Of a stretch of 64,000 bases of DNA, positions 11,885-24,900 are shown in pieces. The stretch comes from Macrostomum lignano (taxonomy: Eukaryota). The translations under genes and the position numbers were made by a program. Where the stretch lies: NCBI GenBank assembly GCA_002269645.1, contig NIVC01001082.1:76921-140920 (forward strand), read 5' to 3'. Numbering within the stretch: the stretch's first letter is position 1; every line of letters begins with the position of its first letter. Below the pieces are notes generated by a model that was not told the DNA's origin, did not search any database, and saw nothing but the letters and a program-made list of their open reading frames with translations.

Positions 11885-12400
11885 ACACTTTGAAGAGCTA
11901 AATTGGTTCACTGTCACATTTTTACAAACAAGCAGATGGTCATTAATTGCAGAGCTTTTTAGCCAATGTTCCCTAGCTCTAATGTGCAGGTGTTGCTTTG
12001 TTTTTCCAATACAAGAAATGCCTTCATACATGTGCAACAGTCGGCCGAGTCGGCCGATCCAGCCGACCGATTTGGCGGCCAATCAAGGAAGTCGCAAAAA
12101 TGCCCACCCGAAAAAATACCAAAGTAGTACTACTAAGTAGCTGACGAAGCATTTTGATTTATAAGACAGTCATAGTTACTCCTGCCGTTTACCCAAAGTT
12201 GCGTTAATTTTGCTTTAGGGTTTTTTTACATGTAAGTCGCATTTTGGCCAAAAACTACGTCGCATTTTTGTTAAAACTAAGTCGCATGGCCGACCGAATT
12301 TTGGAGGTTGCGCATGTATGAATGCCTTGATCTTCAGAGTAGCAAAATTGGTAAACAACACTAGCCCTACACTTTAGAACAAGTGGAACAGCTGACTTGA
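11885..12400 (-). pseudogene. Penelope-like GIY-YIG endonuclease relic interrupted by MITE copy B
   Basis: Removing the MITE plus one TSD copy restores in-frame SVVYQFCYSEDQGISCIGKTKQHLHIRAREHWLKSSAINDHLLVC. Confidence 0.75.
12025..12320 (-). mobile_element. hAT-type MITE copy B carrying a 28S rRNA-derived segment
   Basis: Same TIRs; perfect 8-bp TSD AATGCCTT (12017-12024 / 12321-12328); 28S-like segment at 12131-12194 on the minus strand. Confidence 0.92.
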
Positions 12401-13899
12401 GCCTATTAGCATAGCAGCCAATCTTTTCAGTGCAAAAAAACAGTCTAAACAGTGCATTTAAGCCATTAGCTAAATGTTTTTAAAGTTTTTTTCTCAAAGT
12501 CAAGAAAAATGCCACAAAAAAGAACCATCACAGCATCCCTGGAGTTTCTGGGACTTTCCTAGGACTAACCTTCTTTCTCCTCAATCTTGTTTTCTCTCTT
12601 TATCTTCAATAAAAATTTAGGCAATTTTTTATCTTAAACAAAGGAAAAGGAATAGAAAAATAAAGATATAAGCAAAAAGAAAGGTGAGAGGAGAGGAGAG
12701 GAAAAAATGAGATAGAAAAAGAGTAAAAAAGGAGAAAAGTCTAAAGATCCTGAATCATAATTTAATATGCAATTTTACTTATCTTCATCCTAACTATTAA
12801 TAACTATTTATTTGAGCATGATTTTAGATTTAATAATATATGCAAAATAGTTCTAAGGCTTAGAAATTAGCAGGTTCAAAATCTATTAGAATGTTATATA
12901 AAGCTGTTATTATATTTTGATCATACATTGGAACTTTTACACCATAGAGATAGAAGCAAAGAATGATCTTATCTAATTTTATGATGACTTTATAGAATAG
13001 GCACTATATGTTTCAATAGCTTATATAGGCCTTATATAGAATAAAAAGCAAATATAAATTATAAAAAAAGATTTTTTTACAAGTAATAGCCTACTGCTTT
13101 AGTCTTATTAAGGCCTTATACAATATATCTAGCTTTTATTAAGATAATAATAGGCCTACATAATATAATTTTATATGGACATTAGACAATAAAATATACT
13201 ATAGAATTTAGAGGAAACAATATAGTAAATTAGGCTCCTAGGCCTATTTTTTCCATTCTTAATCAACTTTATATAGCTTTTATATATTATACATATAGGC
13301 CTATTATGTATATTAGATTAAATTTAAACTATGACAAAATCTTTACTAGACCTATCTTTATTTTAAATTAGCAATTTAGATTTATTACCTCCAATCAAGA
13401 AAATAACTTTTAATATACTAGAATAAACCTGTGCCCTATATTAATTACAAGAGGAAAAAATTCAAAGTCATTGGTATGTAGCAAAACAAAATATTTTTCT
13501 ATATTTCCTAAATACACTTTGTCTTTAAACTAGTTTAGGTCTATACTATTAGGTGTATACATAATATTACAAGCTGTTGAAACCCACGGATTTTGAACCC
13601 AAGGAATTCCAATCCCTGGAACTACTTTTGCATGTATTCTGAAATCTAAGGCCATACACAAACAAAAACTTGTTAATAGTTAATAGGATAGAGGTAGACA
13701 TAAAATGGAGCACATTTGTGTAAAATTAGGGTTTGAGGCAAACATTGATCTTGTTGGCTGGGGTACTGCACAGAATGTCAGGCAATGTCTGTTTGACTCT
13801 AAAACATGTATTTGCAAAATCTGGCCTCTCCTGACTCTCCCTATGTCCTTTGGATCCTTTAAAATTTCTATCGCCTCTTCTGTTTCCTCTCTTCTCTCT

Positions 13900-14650
<751 letters not shown>

Positions 14651-15409
14651 TTCATCTGCCTTTCAGCCATGAGCTAGATTCTTTATCTGGCCTTTGAGGT
14701 AAAATTCTGCCCATCACTGCTTGGAAAGCCAGTTTGTGGGACATAGTACTCTCATGGTTGTTCTCATGCTTTGATCACATCATCTTTCTTGCCAATTTGC
14801 AGCCCTAAAAGGAATTTGTGTATCTTCAGCTCCACTGCAATTTGCATCAGTCTAACAACCAAGGAAATATGCATTTCTTAGGAGGCCATTTAAAATTTAC
14901 GCAATACCTTTAAAAGAAACCTAAAATTTCTATGGTGTGCCTAATTTAGTAGGGTTGTATTGCATTGCATCACATTGCCTTTTTATAAATCTTTTTATAA
15001 AACAAACCATGCTGGATTCTCTTGATTTGCCAATTGCCATCCACTGTTAAGCTTGTGCAAAGTTTGCCAATACAAAGGGGAAGGTAGTGGTTAGAATTTC
15101 TTACTAAACTGTTATAGATAGCTAAACGTAGCCTCTCTACTCTTGGGTTGCAGAGAAGGCTATAAATAAAGTTATTCCAAAACACTATACATTTGCTCCA
15201 TACATTTAGTCCTATTGCCCAACCCTTTGTCTGGCTCTGGAGGAATGAATGAGTGAAGTGGCACAAACAACAGAAAAAGCATACAAATTTCACATGCTTA
15301 CAGTTTCTTTTCTGAATGAGTTACAGAGTTGTAACTTTACATTTAGACAGAGAATAAGTCAATGAAGAATTGTGTCAAGTTTGAAGTTGATTGCTTCATG
15401 TGGAGCAAA

Positions 15410-15885
15410 CTTATGGCAGCTGAAAGTTAGTCAATTTTGAAACCCTTTTACACATCTAGGCCCAGATTAGGATTGGGAAAGAGAGGCAGGCAGGGAGGTT
15501 TGGGTGGTTGCTATGCTGAAAAAACAGCCTAACTTTAAAAGTGCACAGCACTGCTCAAGATTAACTTTGAGACTCAAAATTTTACATGATTATGCCAAAA
15601 TAGTTGAAGATTGTCTGTGTCAAATTTGAAGAGAATCAGTAGAAGTGGAGCGGCGCCATGGAGGATCTAGTGAAAAAATTGCGCATTTTAAGCAGTTTTT
15701 TGTACTTTAGGTAGGAAGACTTGAGTCTAGGAAATTTAAAGGTAGCCTAAGACATTCTCCATAGTAAGTTTAGGGTGGGTGTAAAGTTTGGTATAATTTG
15801 GTTGAGCTGTTTGGGAGTCTATGCAATTAAAATTGTCTGTAGACAGACAGACAGACACAGAGTTTTGATTTTTACATATAGATTT
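15410..15885 (-). mobile_element. DINE-1/HINE-like repeat, copy 2
   Basis: Reverse-complement homology to 11060-11530; internal (CTGT)n. Confidence 0.6.
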
Positions 15886-16150
15886 TTATGCAATATTTCA
15901 AAAAATATATATTTAATTTAAAACATCCATTGAAAAAAGTTTTGTGATAATTAGTCAATAGTGATTCAAAAGACAAAGTAGTTTTGCACTTGAATAGGCC
16001 TATGAATGATCATGAGCATTATTTATGATCCCTAGCCTCATCCCAATTCTATGATGATAACACATTTGCTGTCTTGTTGTAAGGTTTATAACTTAACTTT
16101 GAATTTTATGTTTATGTATATAAGTCAAGTCAATGTTTTTGGGTCATAAA

Positions 16151-16419
16151 CATACATGTGCAACCTCCCTGATTTACACTGGCCATGCGACTTACTTTTT
16201 GACCAAAAATGTGACTTACCTGTGAAAGAAACCCTAAAGCAAAATAAACGCTTATTTGGGTAAACGGCAGGAGTAACTATGACTGTCTTATCAGGCCTAA
16301 ATGCCTCAGCATTTAATTAGTACTACGTCTTTGGGGTGGCATTTTTGCGACTTACCCCTGGTCCACCACAATTTACGGTGGCCAGATCGGCCAGGTCGGC
16401 CAGCAGTTGCGCATGTATG
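16151..16419 (+). mobile_element. hAT-type MITE copy C carrying a 28S rRNA-derived segment
   Basis: Same TIRs; TSD GTCATAAA / GTCGTAAA (1 mismatch); 28S-like segment at 16258-16321. Confidence 0.9.
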
Positions 16420-17329
16420 GTCGTAAAATAATATGTTTAGATATACTTGTACTTTTAAAAAATGAGTTTATCTTTACTTTTAAAGTATTTTTAAGATATA
16501 TAGTCTAGATATTTTGTTTAGACTGACATTATATTTGATATTTTGCTGGCAAACAAAATGACTGCATCATATTTTTGTAGACAAAAGAGTGGCAAACAAA
16601 CTAATAGCAGAGAAAATAACTTTCAACCAGTAATAGTAGGCTAGGCCTAATAGCAGTCTGGGAAATCAGCTCAAGTACCTGCAAGTCATCAATAAGAAAA
16701 AAAGAATAAAAAAGCTAGGGCCTAATAAAATTTTTTTAAAAATGACATAGGCCCCTAGGCCTAATAATAGTGGGCATCAATAAAAGTAAGTTGAGCCAAG
16801 GTAAGGTATAGTATAGGCCTAGCAAAAAAGTTAGGGGCATACTTAGGTAGGCTGCATAGCCCAAAGGTAGATAGGCGGCATAGGCCTAATAAAAAATATT
16901 AAAATAGGCCCCCTATAATAATAATTAATAACTCACTAAAACTAATTGCCCATCTCCATAGGTCTAGCATAGGCATAGGCCTAGGGAGCCTAGCCTAGGT
17001 AGGTCTAGTCATCTAGGGTTGGCTAGGCTAGGCCTTAACCTACATGGCTACATCACCTACTCTATGTAAATCTAAGGAGAATGTCTACTTTTTAAGTTTG
17101 GGCCCAAATTTTTTATGAACTTGCATAGGCCCCTACAGAAGCACGTGCAAATCGGCTTTATTTATTGACCAGTGTTTTCACTGTTTTGTACTAACTGGGC
17201 CTAGCCTACTAAACTATCTATAAGCTAAGTCAGTCAGTTCATGAAAAACTAGGCCTAAGCAAAGCAACGCTAGGGTCAACCTCACTTGGCACTTTAAACC
17301 TGAGAATGCTAGGCTACAGTCGTGATCTG

Positions 17330-17860
17330 GGTTAGACAGACACAGGCAGACTTCAAACTTCACTTTTTAAAGGTGATACAGCAAAACTTATAAGCATTCA
17401 ATCAATTACGAAAACTTTGGACAATCATTGGTCACAAAAGCAAATTGGCGCCGGCGGGAAAACAAAAATATACTCGTTTACCCTATTGTCGTCTTGAAAA
17501 TAGCTTTTTAAACAAAACAGACAGTTTAAAAGACTTTTAAAACGTCCTAAAATGCATGCTCTGTTTCTCATTGTGAAGAAAGTATGAAGAAAAATCTAAA
17601 TGAATTATCTTATATTGTATTTACAAAATTTAAAACTGGCAATCGAACTTTCATATTTATGATGACAACGTTCGCCGCGTTCTTAAATTAATTGATTTGA
17701 TTGCTTTCTTGTTTTGCTGCGATTATGATTGAATGAGAAATGCTGCTCAAGCAAGCCTTGTCACTGTTTTCCTGCAATCTAATTAATAATCCGACTATCC
17801 TTTTCTTTCTTTTCTGAATTTCACTTGACTAGCGCGGTAGCGCAGCGCCTAGGGTAGGGC
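17330..17860. promoter_or_regulatory. Candidate CpG-retaining (bidirectional) promoter with E2F-type sites
   Basis: Local CpG cluster inside a CpG-poor domain between divergent lin54 and GGNBP2; TTGGCGCC and GGCGGGAAA at 17445-17461. Confidence 0.35.
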
Positions 17861-17981
17861 TAGGGTAGGCCTAGTTAGGCCTATAGTTGGGGTCTAGCAT
17901 CTCACTCTCACTGCATCTGTTGATTTATGTGAATCTGTACCTTTTTCACTCTTAAACTAGACTTGCTGTTATACACGTTAG

Positions 17982-18331
17982 TAGGGGTCGGACGGGATCA
18001 AAATTTTCGGGATCGGGATTGAAAAAAAATCGGGATCGAGAATCGGGATTCGGGTAAGGGGCAAATGATTCTGAACTCCATATGGATATAAATACCATAC
18101 TCAAAGTCCATCCATATCATACATATTGAAGTAACAGTAGCTTGACTTCTTTGGCAAGGGGCTTGAAACGATAGTTTAAACAATTTGTTTCACTTAAATA
18201 TCTATGACCATAAATGACTATGGCAAAAACTTCTACTCTGCAGAAAAAAAAACAAAAATGACATTAGCCTAGGCCCCTATCCCAATTCCCAAAATTTAAG
18301 TTGTCGGGATCGAGATCCTGTCCGACCCCTA
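17982..18331. mobile_element. hAT-type MITE (TAGGGGTCGGAC TIR)
   Basis: TIR TAGGGGTCGGACGGGATC / GATCCTGTCCGACCCCTA; 8-bp TSD CACGTTAG / CACATTAG. Confidence 0.85.
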
Positions 18332-18489
18332 CACATTAGACGTTAGGCCCTAGGCTTACTTAGATTAAATATTATGGCTAGGGGGGCCTATCCTGCAGTC
18401 TGCAGAATTGTTTGTTAAACTCACTGTATGCATATTTTTTAGCTATTGACATGAAGCTTGCAAAAAATGAATATTTTCATTATGCTAAC

Positions 18490-18686
18490 CAGGGGCGTAG
18501 GGAGAAAGGATAGGGAGGATGTATCCCCCAAAAAGCCTGAATAAAACTTTTTTGTTGCCTTTATTGCTAGATACATGCTACTATATGACTCTGTCATAAC
18601 ACTTTTACCTTGGTGTAGGCCTATCCCCCCATAGAAAATTCACCTTGGTGTATCCTTCTTGTAGGAAATTCCTGGCTATGCCCCTG
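18490..18686. mobile_element. hAT-type MITE (CAGGGGCGTAG TIR)
   Basis: TIR CAGGGGCGTAG / CTATGCCCCTG; 8-bp TSD ATGCTAAC / ATGCCAAC. Confidence 0.8.
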
Positions 18687-19048
18687 ATGCCAACATTTTA
18701 GAAGTGTTTAGGCATTAAAATTATATGATTCTGCAAGATAGCTGATATTATTTCTACTAGTAAAATCTTAATTAAAACAAATAAATTAAAGCTAGGCCCT
18801 AGCTGCCTCAAGTTAGAGCTAGGGCTAAATATATGCTCATTGCCTCTGAGTCTATAATTATATAATGTTAGCCATTTACTCCTTAGGCTATGACTAGATA
18901 CAAGTAGACAACTTAGTCCTTAACTCAATGGTCTCAACCCTTTGATTGGTTCCCACTTGGCCAAAGCCAAAAAGGCAATTAACTTAATGTAGCTAGGCCT
19001 AGTTAGGCATATAATTTATTATTTATTTATATAGCTGGCCATAGTGCT

Positions 19049-19234
19049 TCAGAAATTCATACAAACTTTGCTCTGCGCATGGATCCTCTGCGGTCAGCAA
19101 AATGACAGTTTATTGATGGATTGAGCAGTTCAGAAGGAAGGACTAACTTGGCAGATCAGCATCATATGGGTTGGCCATACATTCATCAACCTGGTGTACT
19201 GGCAGACTCCATTCTGGATCTTCTTGACCATTAG
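19049..19234 (+). pseudogene. Decayed mariner transposase N-terminal fragment
   Basis: SEIHT..SAHGSSAVSKMTVY*WIEQF..GRTNLAD..ADSILDLLD aligns by eye with the intact transposase at 60267-61352; contains stops and frameshifts. Confidence 0.7.
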
Positions 19235-19565
19235 GGCCTAGAGAGATTGCTAACAGGTTGGACAAGCCAAAATCAACAATTCATTGAAGCTTACTTGGCA
19301 TGGATCTCATGAAGCTCAGCCTATAATTTGTGTAACTCTATGGTACAGGTACTGTTACTTTCATGGGTATAACTTTTGTTCCCTGGATCAATTTTTAAAA
19401 TTCAAAAATCAGTCTGTAGAAGAGATTTTCCACTATCAGTTCATAAAATTTCAAATCACTGGAAGCTATAGAATAAGAGCTAAGTTAAAAGTATCACTAC
19501 TTTTTTGGACACCCCTCGTACCTACCCTCATACAGACAACTCATTTTTAGTATTATGGATTTATA

Positions 19566-21403
19566 CGGGTCTATGAAATTTGCTAGCAGGAAATCTGCTA
19601 GCCAAAGTTTGCTAGCCGAAATGTGCTAGCCAAAATCTGCTAGCCAAAGTTTGCTAGCCGAAATCTGCTAGCTGAAATCTGCTAGACAAAATCTGCTAGC
19701 CGAAATCTGCTAGCCGAAGTTTGCCAGCAGGAATTTTGCTAGCAAGGATTTTGCTAGCCAAAATCTGCTAGCAATAATCTAACCAAAACTGGCGAACAGC
19801 AATTTACGAAGTTGTAATTTGCTAGAGACATTTTTTCTTGTCCAATCTGGACAACTTAATCTGCCACCTAGCCTTCGCCATGGGTTCTCGTACATGTACA
19901 TGTTGAAATGCAATCAGTAGATGACGTCATAGACAAAAAGAAAATAAGATTTAGGTTTTAATGTAGGTAGATTGAAAAGTTCATATACAAGCTATTGAAT
20001 AAAGTAAATATATTACATCCATGATTATAGGGTAAGAGCTTGTGGGCCACACCTGCATAGAGTTTTTGCTTGTACACAGTGCCGTAAGCGATGGAAAATA
20101 TCTATACATTAACAATACATATAGCTATAGTAAATTGTACCTTGGACATACATGTATCTAGCTATAGATACTGTACACCAACATGTGTGTTTCTGTATGC
20201 TAAAGTACTGTATATGCTAAAACTGCACTTGGAAATCATCAAAATCATTTATATTTTTTGTCCTATTTTACTCGTAGACATTTGATAATGTTTTAGCATT
20301 ATCAGCTGTAAGGCCGTAGTTCAGGTAGCTCAGGCAGCTGTAGTTCAGGTAGTTAAATTTAAACTTATCTATACACAACTTTCAGTCTTAATGGCTGGTA
20401 GTGGCAGTATATGGTATATAAGTTATATATTTACTCATACGAATCAAAGCAGCTCAAATCGGAATCAAAACACAGCAAATAACATGCAACAGCTACGAGA
20501 GCAAGGCAGCTAGCAAAATTCCTGCTAGCAGATTTTGGCTAGCAAAATCCTTGCTAGCAAAATTCCTGCCAGCAAACTTTGGCTAGCAGATTTCGGCTAG
20601 CAGATTTCGGCTAGCAAACTTCGGCTAGCAGATTTTGTCTAGCAGATTTCGGCTAGCAGATTTCGGCTAGCACATTTTGGCTAGCACATTTTGGCTAGCA
20701 CATTTCGGCTAGCACATTTTGGCTAGCACATTTCGGCTAGCAAAATTCGGCTAGCAAACTTCGGCTAGCACATTTCGACTAGCAGATTTCGGCTATCACA
20801 TTTCAGCTAGCAAAATTCGGCTAGCACATTTCGGCTAGCAGATTTCGGCTAGCACATTTCAGCTAGCAAACTTCGGCTAGCACATTTCGGCTAGCACATT
20901 TTGGCTAGAACATTTCGGCTAGCACATTTCGGCTAGCACATTTCAGCTAGCAAAATTTGGCTAGCAAACTTCGGCTAGCACATTTCGGCTAGCACATTTC
21001 AGCTAGCAAACTTCGGCTAGCAAACTTCGGCTAGCACATTTTGGCTAGCACATTTCGGCTAGCAAACTTCGGCTAGCACATTTCGGCTAGCACATTTTGG
21101 CTAGAACATTTCGGCTAGCACATTTCGGCTAGCACATTTCAGCTAGCAAAATTTGGCTAGCAAACTTCGGCTAGCACATTTCGGCTAGCACATTTCAGCT
21201 AGCAAAATTTGGCTAGCAAACTTCGGCTAGCACATTTCGGCTAGCACATTTCAGCTAGCAAACTTCGGCTAGCAAACTTTGGCTAGCACATTTCGGCTAG
21301 CACATTTTGGCTAGCAAACTTTGGCTAGCAGATTTTGGCAAGCAAATTTCTCGCTAGCAAACTTCGGCTAGCAGATTTCCTGCTAGCAGATCTCATACTC
21401 CCG
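19566..21403. mobile_element. Foldback (MULE/FB-like) element 1 with tandem-repeat arms
   Basis: Inverted arms of ~14-bp TCTGCTAGCCGAAA units (19566-19790 vs 20505-21403), CGGG..CCCG termini, TSD (G)GATTTATA on both sides. Confidence 0.85.
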
Positions 21404-21999
21404 GATTTATACAACTATCTAATGTGAAATGAATGTGCTTTAATTTGCTTACTAAACTGAATTTTTGAAAAAAATAATTCAAGCATTCTTTTCACTTTAT
21501 TATATTAGGGCTTTCTAATCCTTCTAAGACAGATGCAAGTTGTATAGATTAGATGGCCATAAACTTTTTTTCTATTTGTAACCTAGACAGAAAGTTATTG
21601 CAAAGCAACTAAGCAACAGCTATATCTTTTTTTGCTAAATCATTATATTTGAGAATTTGCAAAAATGAAAGACTAAATAAATTGTTTATGTATTTTACAT
21701 TATTTTGCTGTAAAATTGTCAGATAATTTTAAGACCTTTAGGGGCTCATGATTTTTAGTTTCTTTATTGTTTTATTTTAGCAATGCATAAAAATGCATAT
21801 GCCAAAACACAAAAATTAACTAAATATAGCAAGACAAATAGAAAAAAAATAGAAGAAATAAATAAACACTAGCTATTGAAAATAAATCAAAAGAGATAAG
21901 GAGCATTAAATAGTTAAAGCTAGGGAGAGAAAAGAAAGGCATGCTATTACCTGCTTCAAATATTGCTTTGAACAGTTAATTCTTTTTTGCATGCATCAA

Positions 22000-24900
22000 A
22001 TGGAGCACAGCCTTAGAATCTGTTCAATCGATGTGGTTACAGAGGCTAATCAGAACAATTTTCTATTGCCTCGTCAAGTAGCTGTGGATATTGATGATGA
22101 CTTAACAGTGAGTAAATTTAGTAATAAAACTTTTTTGTCACTTTAGGTCCTTCAAGGGATATCTTTAGGAATCCTCAGCTGGTATCTTTGGGATCTTTAG
22201 TGGGTATTTTAGGGACCTTCAGTAAGTATCCTTAGACCTTCGGTGCATATTTTTGGGACCTTCAGTGGGTATCTTTCAGATCATCAGATGGTATCTTTGG
22301 GACCTCTAGTGGGTATTTTGAGACCTTCAGTGTGAATATTTAAGAGTATCAGTGGGTATCTTTAGGACCATAAGTAGACCTATCTTTAGGACCTTCATCA
22401 GTGGGTATATTTGAGATCATCAGATGGTATCTTTGGGACCTTCAGTGAGTATCTTTGGGACCTTCAGTGGGTATTTTGGGGACCTTCAATGGGTATTTTG
22501 GGGACCTTCATTGGGTATCTTTAAGTTTTCATAAAGCTTGGGTACATTATCGCCCTGTCATTCCTGTAGTAACTTGAAAAGCCTTAAAATGCTTTGAGTT
22601 GAACCTCACTAAACCTCAATTATTTTATTTCGATTTTCCATTCAGGTCACCATGCAGCTGTGCGACACCAGACTGTTCAATCTGGCTTACGCCTCGTCGC
22701 CAGCCGGTCAAGACGATACCGGCGTTGCCGCCTTCAAAGAAAAATTCAATCTGTTCACGCAGAAAGAGCTGGCCGACTCGCTGATGGGCAGCTCGGACGA
22801 TTTGGGCAGCGCCGCAATCTCCGTTATTGGCTGCGTCGGCTGCAGGCGCGCTGTTGAAGCCTTCCTGGGCCATGTTGGAGAGACTGGGGAGCCGGCGCTG
22901 GACCCCGTGCAGGTTAGTATTGGGATCGGGATTTGAGGTAGCTGGGATCGGTCTCTGGGTAGCTGGGATCGGGCTCTGGGTAGCTGGGATCGGGATCTGG
23001 GTAGCTGGGATCGGGATCTGGGTAGCTGGGATCGGGATCTGGGTAGCTGGGATCGGGATCTGGGTAGCTGGGATCGGGATCTGGGTGGCTGGGATCGGGA
23101 TCTGGGTAGCTGGGATCGGGATCTGGGTAGCTGGGATCGGGATCTGGGTAGCTGGGATCGGGATCTGGGTAGTTGAGATCGGGATCTGGGTAGCTGGGAT
23201 CGGGATCTGGATAGTTGGGATTGGGATTGGATTTGAGGTTGTTGGGATCGGGATCTGGGTAGCTGGCTCGGGGATTATGGTAGTTGGGATTGGGATCTGG
23301 GGTAAAGTAAGTTGGGATCAGGAATGTGTCGTTGTCGGGATCAGGATCTTTGATCTGAATATCTGTAGTTGTGATGTGGCTAATTAGTAGGGATCTTTGT
23401 AATAGGAATTCGGGACCGGAAGCATGAGTTCCAGACTGTTATTTGTTAAAAATTCTGCAGCTCCGCGGAAAGACGATCAGCCTTCACAGCGACTGGTTCG
23501 CCTCGGCCACCCGACTTCACTACCTACTTGAAGTAGTTCGCCGCGTACTAGAATGCCGAGTTACTGCCGGCGGCAAGGCAAAGAAAGGCCGCAGATGCGC
23601 TATGCACGGCTTGGACGCGCACAAAACGGGCAGGACCAGCTGGAAGGAGCTGTGGGATGTCATGACAACAGAATGCCGTGCCGAGCTAGGCCTGGTGTCA
23701 TTCGAGTCGCTGGAAGACACCCTGGACGCTCATCTTGTCAGGCATAAATTCTGTCGCGAGTGTCGGGCCAAAGTTGAACGCGCATTCGCCATGATGATTG
23801 GCGACGAGGCGCCCGATAACACCTATAAGCCTGCGGTGTTCGCCTTTGTTCGCGTGTGCAAGGAGCGCGGGCATTTGCACCTGCTGCCGGACAAAACCGC
23901 CACCGACACGCTGTACGAATTGGTGGATAGGGCCGAGCCCGAGCTGCTGCAGAGGTGAGTAATCAGGTGTCTTTTGTTGTGTCTCATAGTCTGTTCGAAT
24001 GTGTCTCTTGTTGTGTCTCATAGTCTGTTCAGATGTGTCTTGTTGTGTCTCATAGTCTGTTCAGATGTGTCTTGTTGTGTCTCATAGTCTGTTCAGATGT
24101 GTCTTGTTGTGTCTCATAGTCTGTTCAGATGTGTCTATTGTTGTGTCTCATAGTCTGTTCAGATGTGTCTATTGTTGTGTCTCATAGTCTGTTCAGATGT
24201 GTCTCTTGTTGTGTCTCATAGTCTGTTCAGATGTGTCTCTTGTTGTGTCTCATAGTCTGTTCAGATGTGTCTCTTGGTGTGTCCGTTAGTCTGGTCAGAT
24301 GCGCCTTTTAGTGTGTCTATTAGGCCTTTCAGATGTGTCTTAAGGTGTGTCCGTTGATTTTCTAACATGTCTCTGTATATCTGTTATTACATTCAGCTCT
24401 TTTTGAGTGAAGTGTGCCTTCACGTAAATGTGTTTATTAAACTTTGGCCTTGGTTACAGCTATTGTTGCATTCATGACTCTTGGGTGGTGAGTGGTGCTG
24501 TGTCTGGCTGTGTCCGCCCAATTATCTTTAAGCATGTCTTCAGTTGTGTCCATTAGTCTCCATGTGTGTCTGTTGTTCTTTTTATGTGTCTCTGGGCATG
24601 TCAATATCTCTATTCAACAAGGGCAAGCGTAACCAAATCAGGCCTCTATTCCAGAGCCTGCGAATTCCCTTTGACCTTATTACCTACTGATGTGCCGCTC
24701 AATGTAGCTCCAACAATTGCAGCAATCCGCGCGAACGCCATGCGCAAACAATGGACGCGGCGCAAGAAGAAGTGCTCACCTGCATCGGATTGCACCTGTA
24801 CAACCGGCTGACTCACCTGGCTCACACTCTCCGGTCAGATGAACAGACCTGGCTGCTGTCTCTGCTGCTTTGCCTTGAACAGCTCCGCCAGGGTTTGGAA

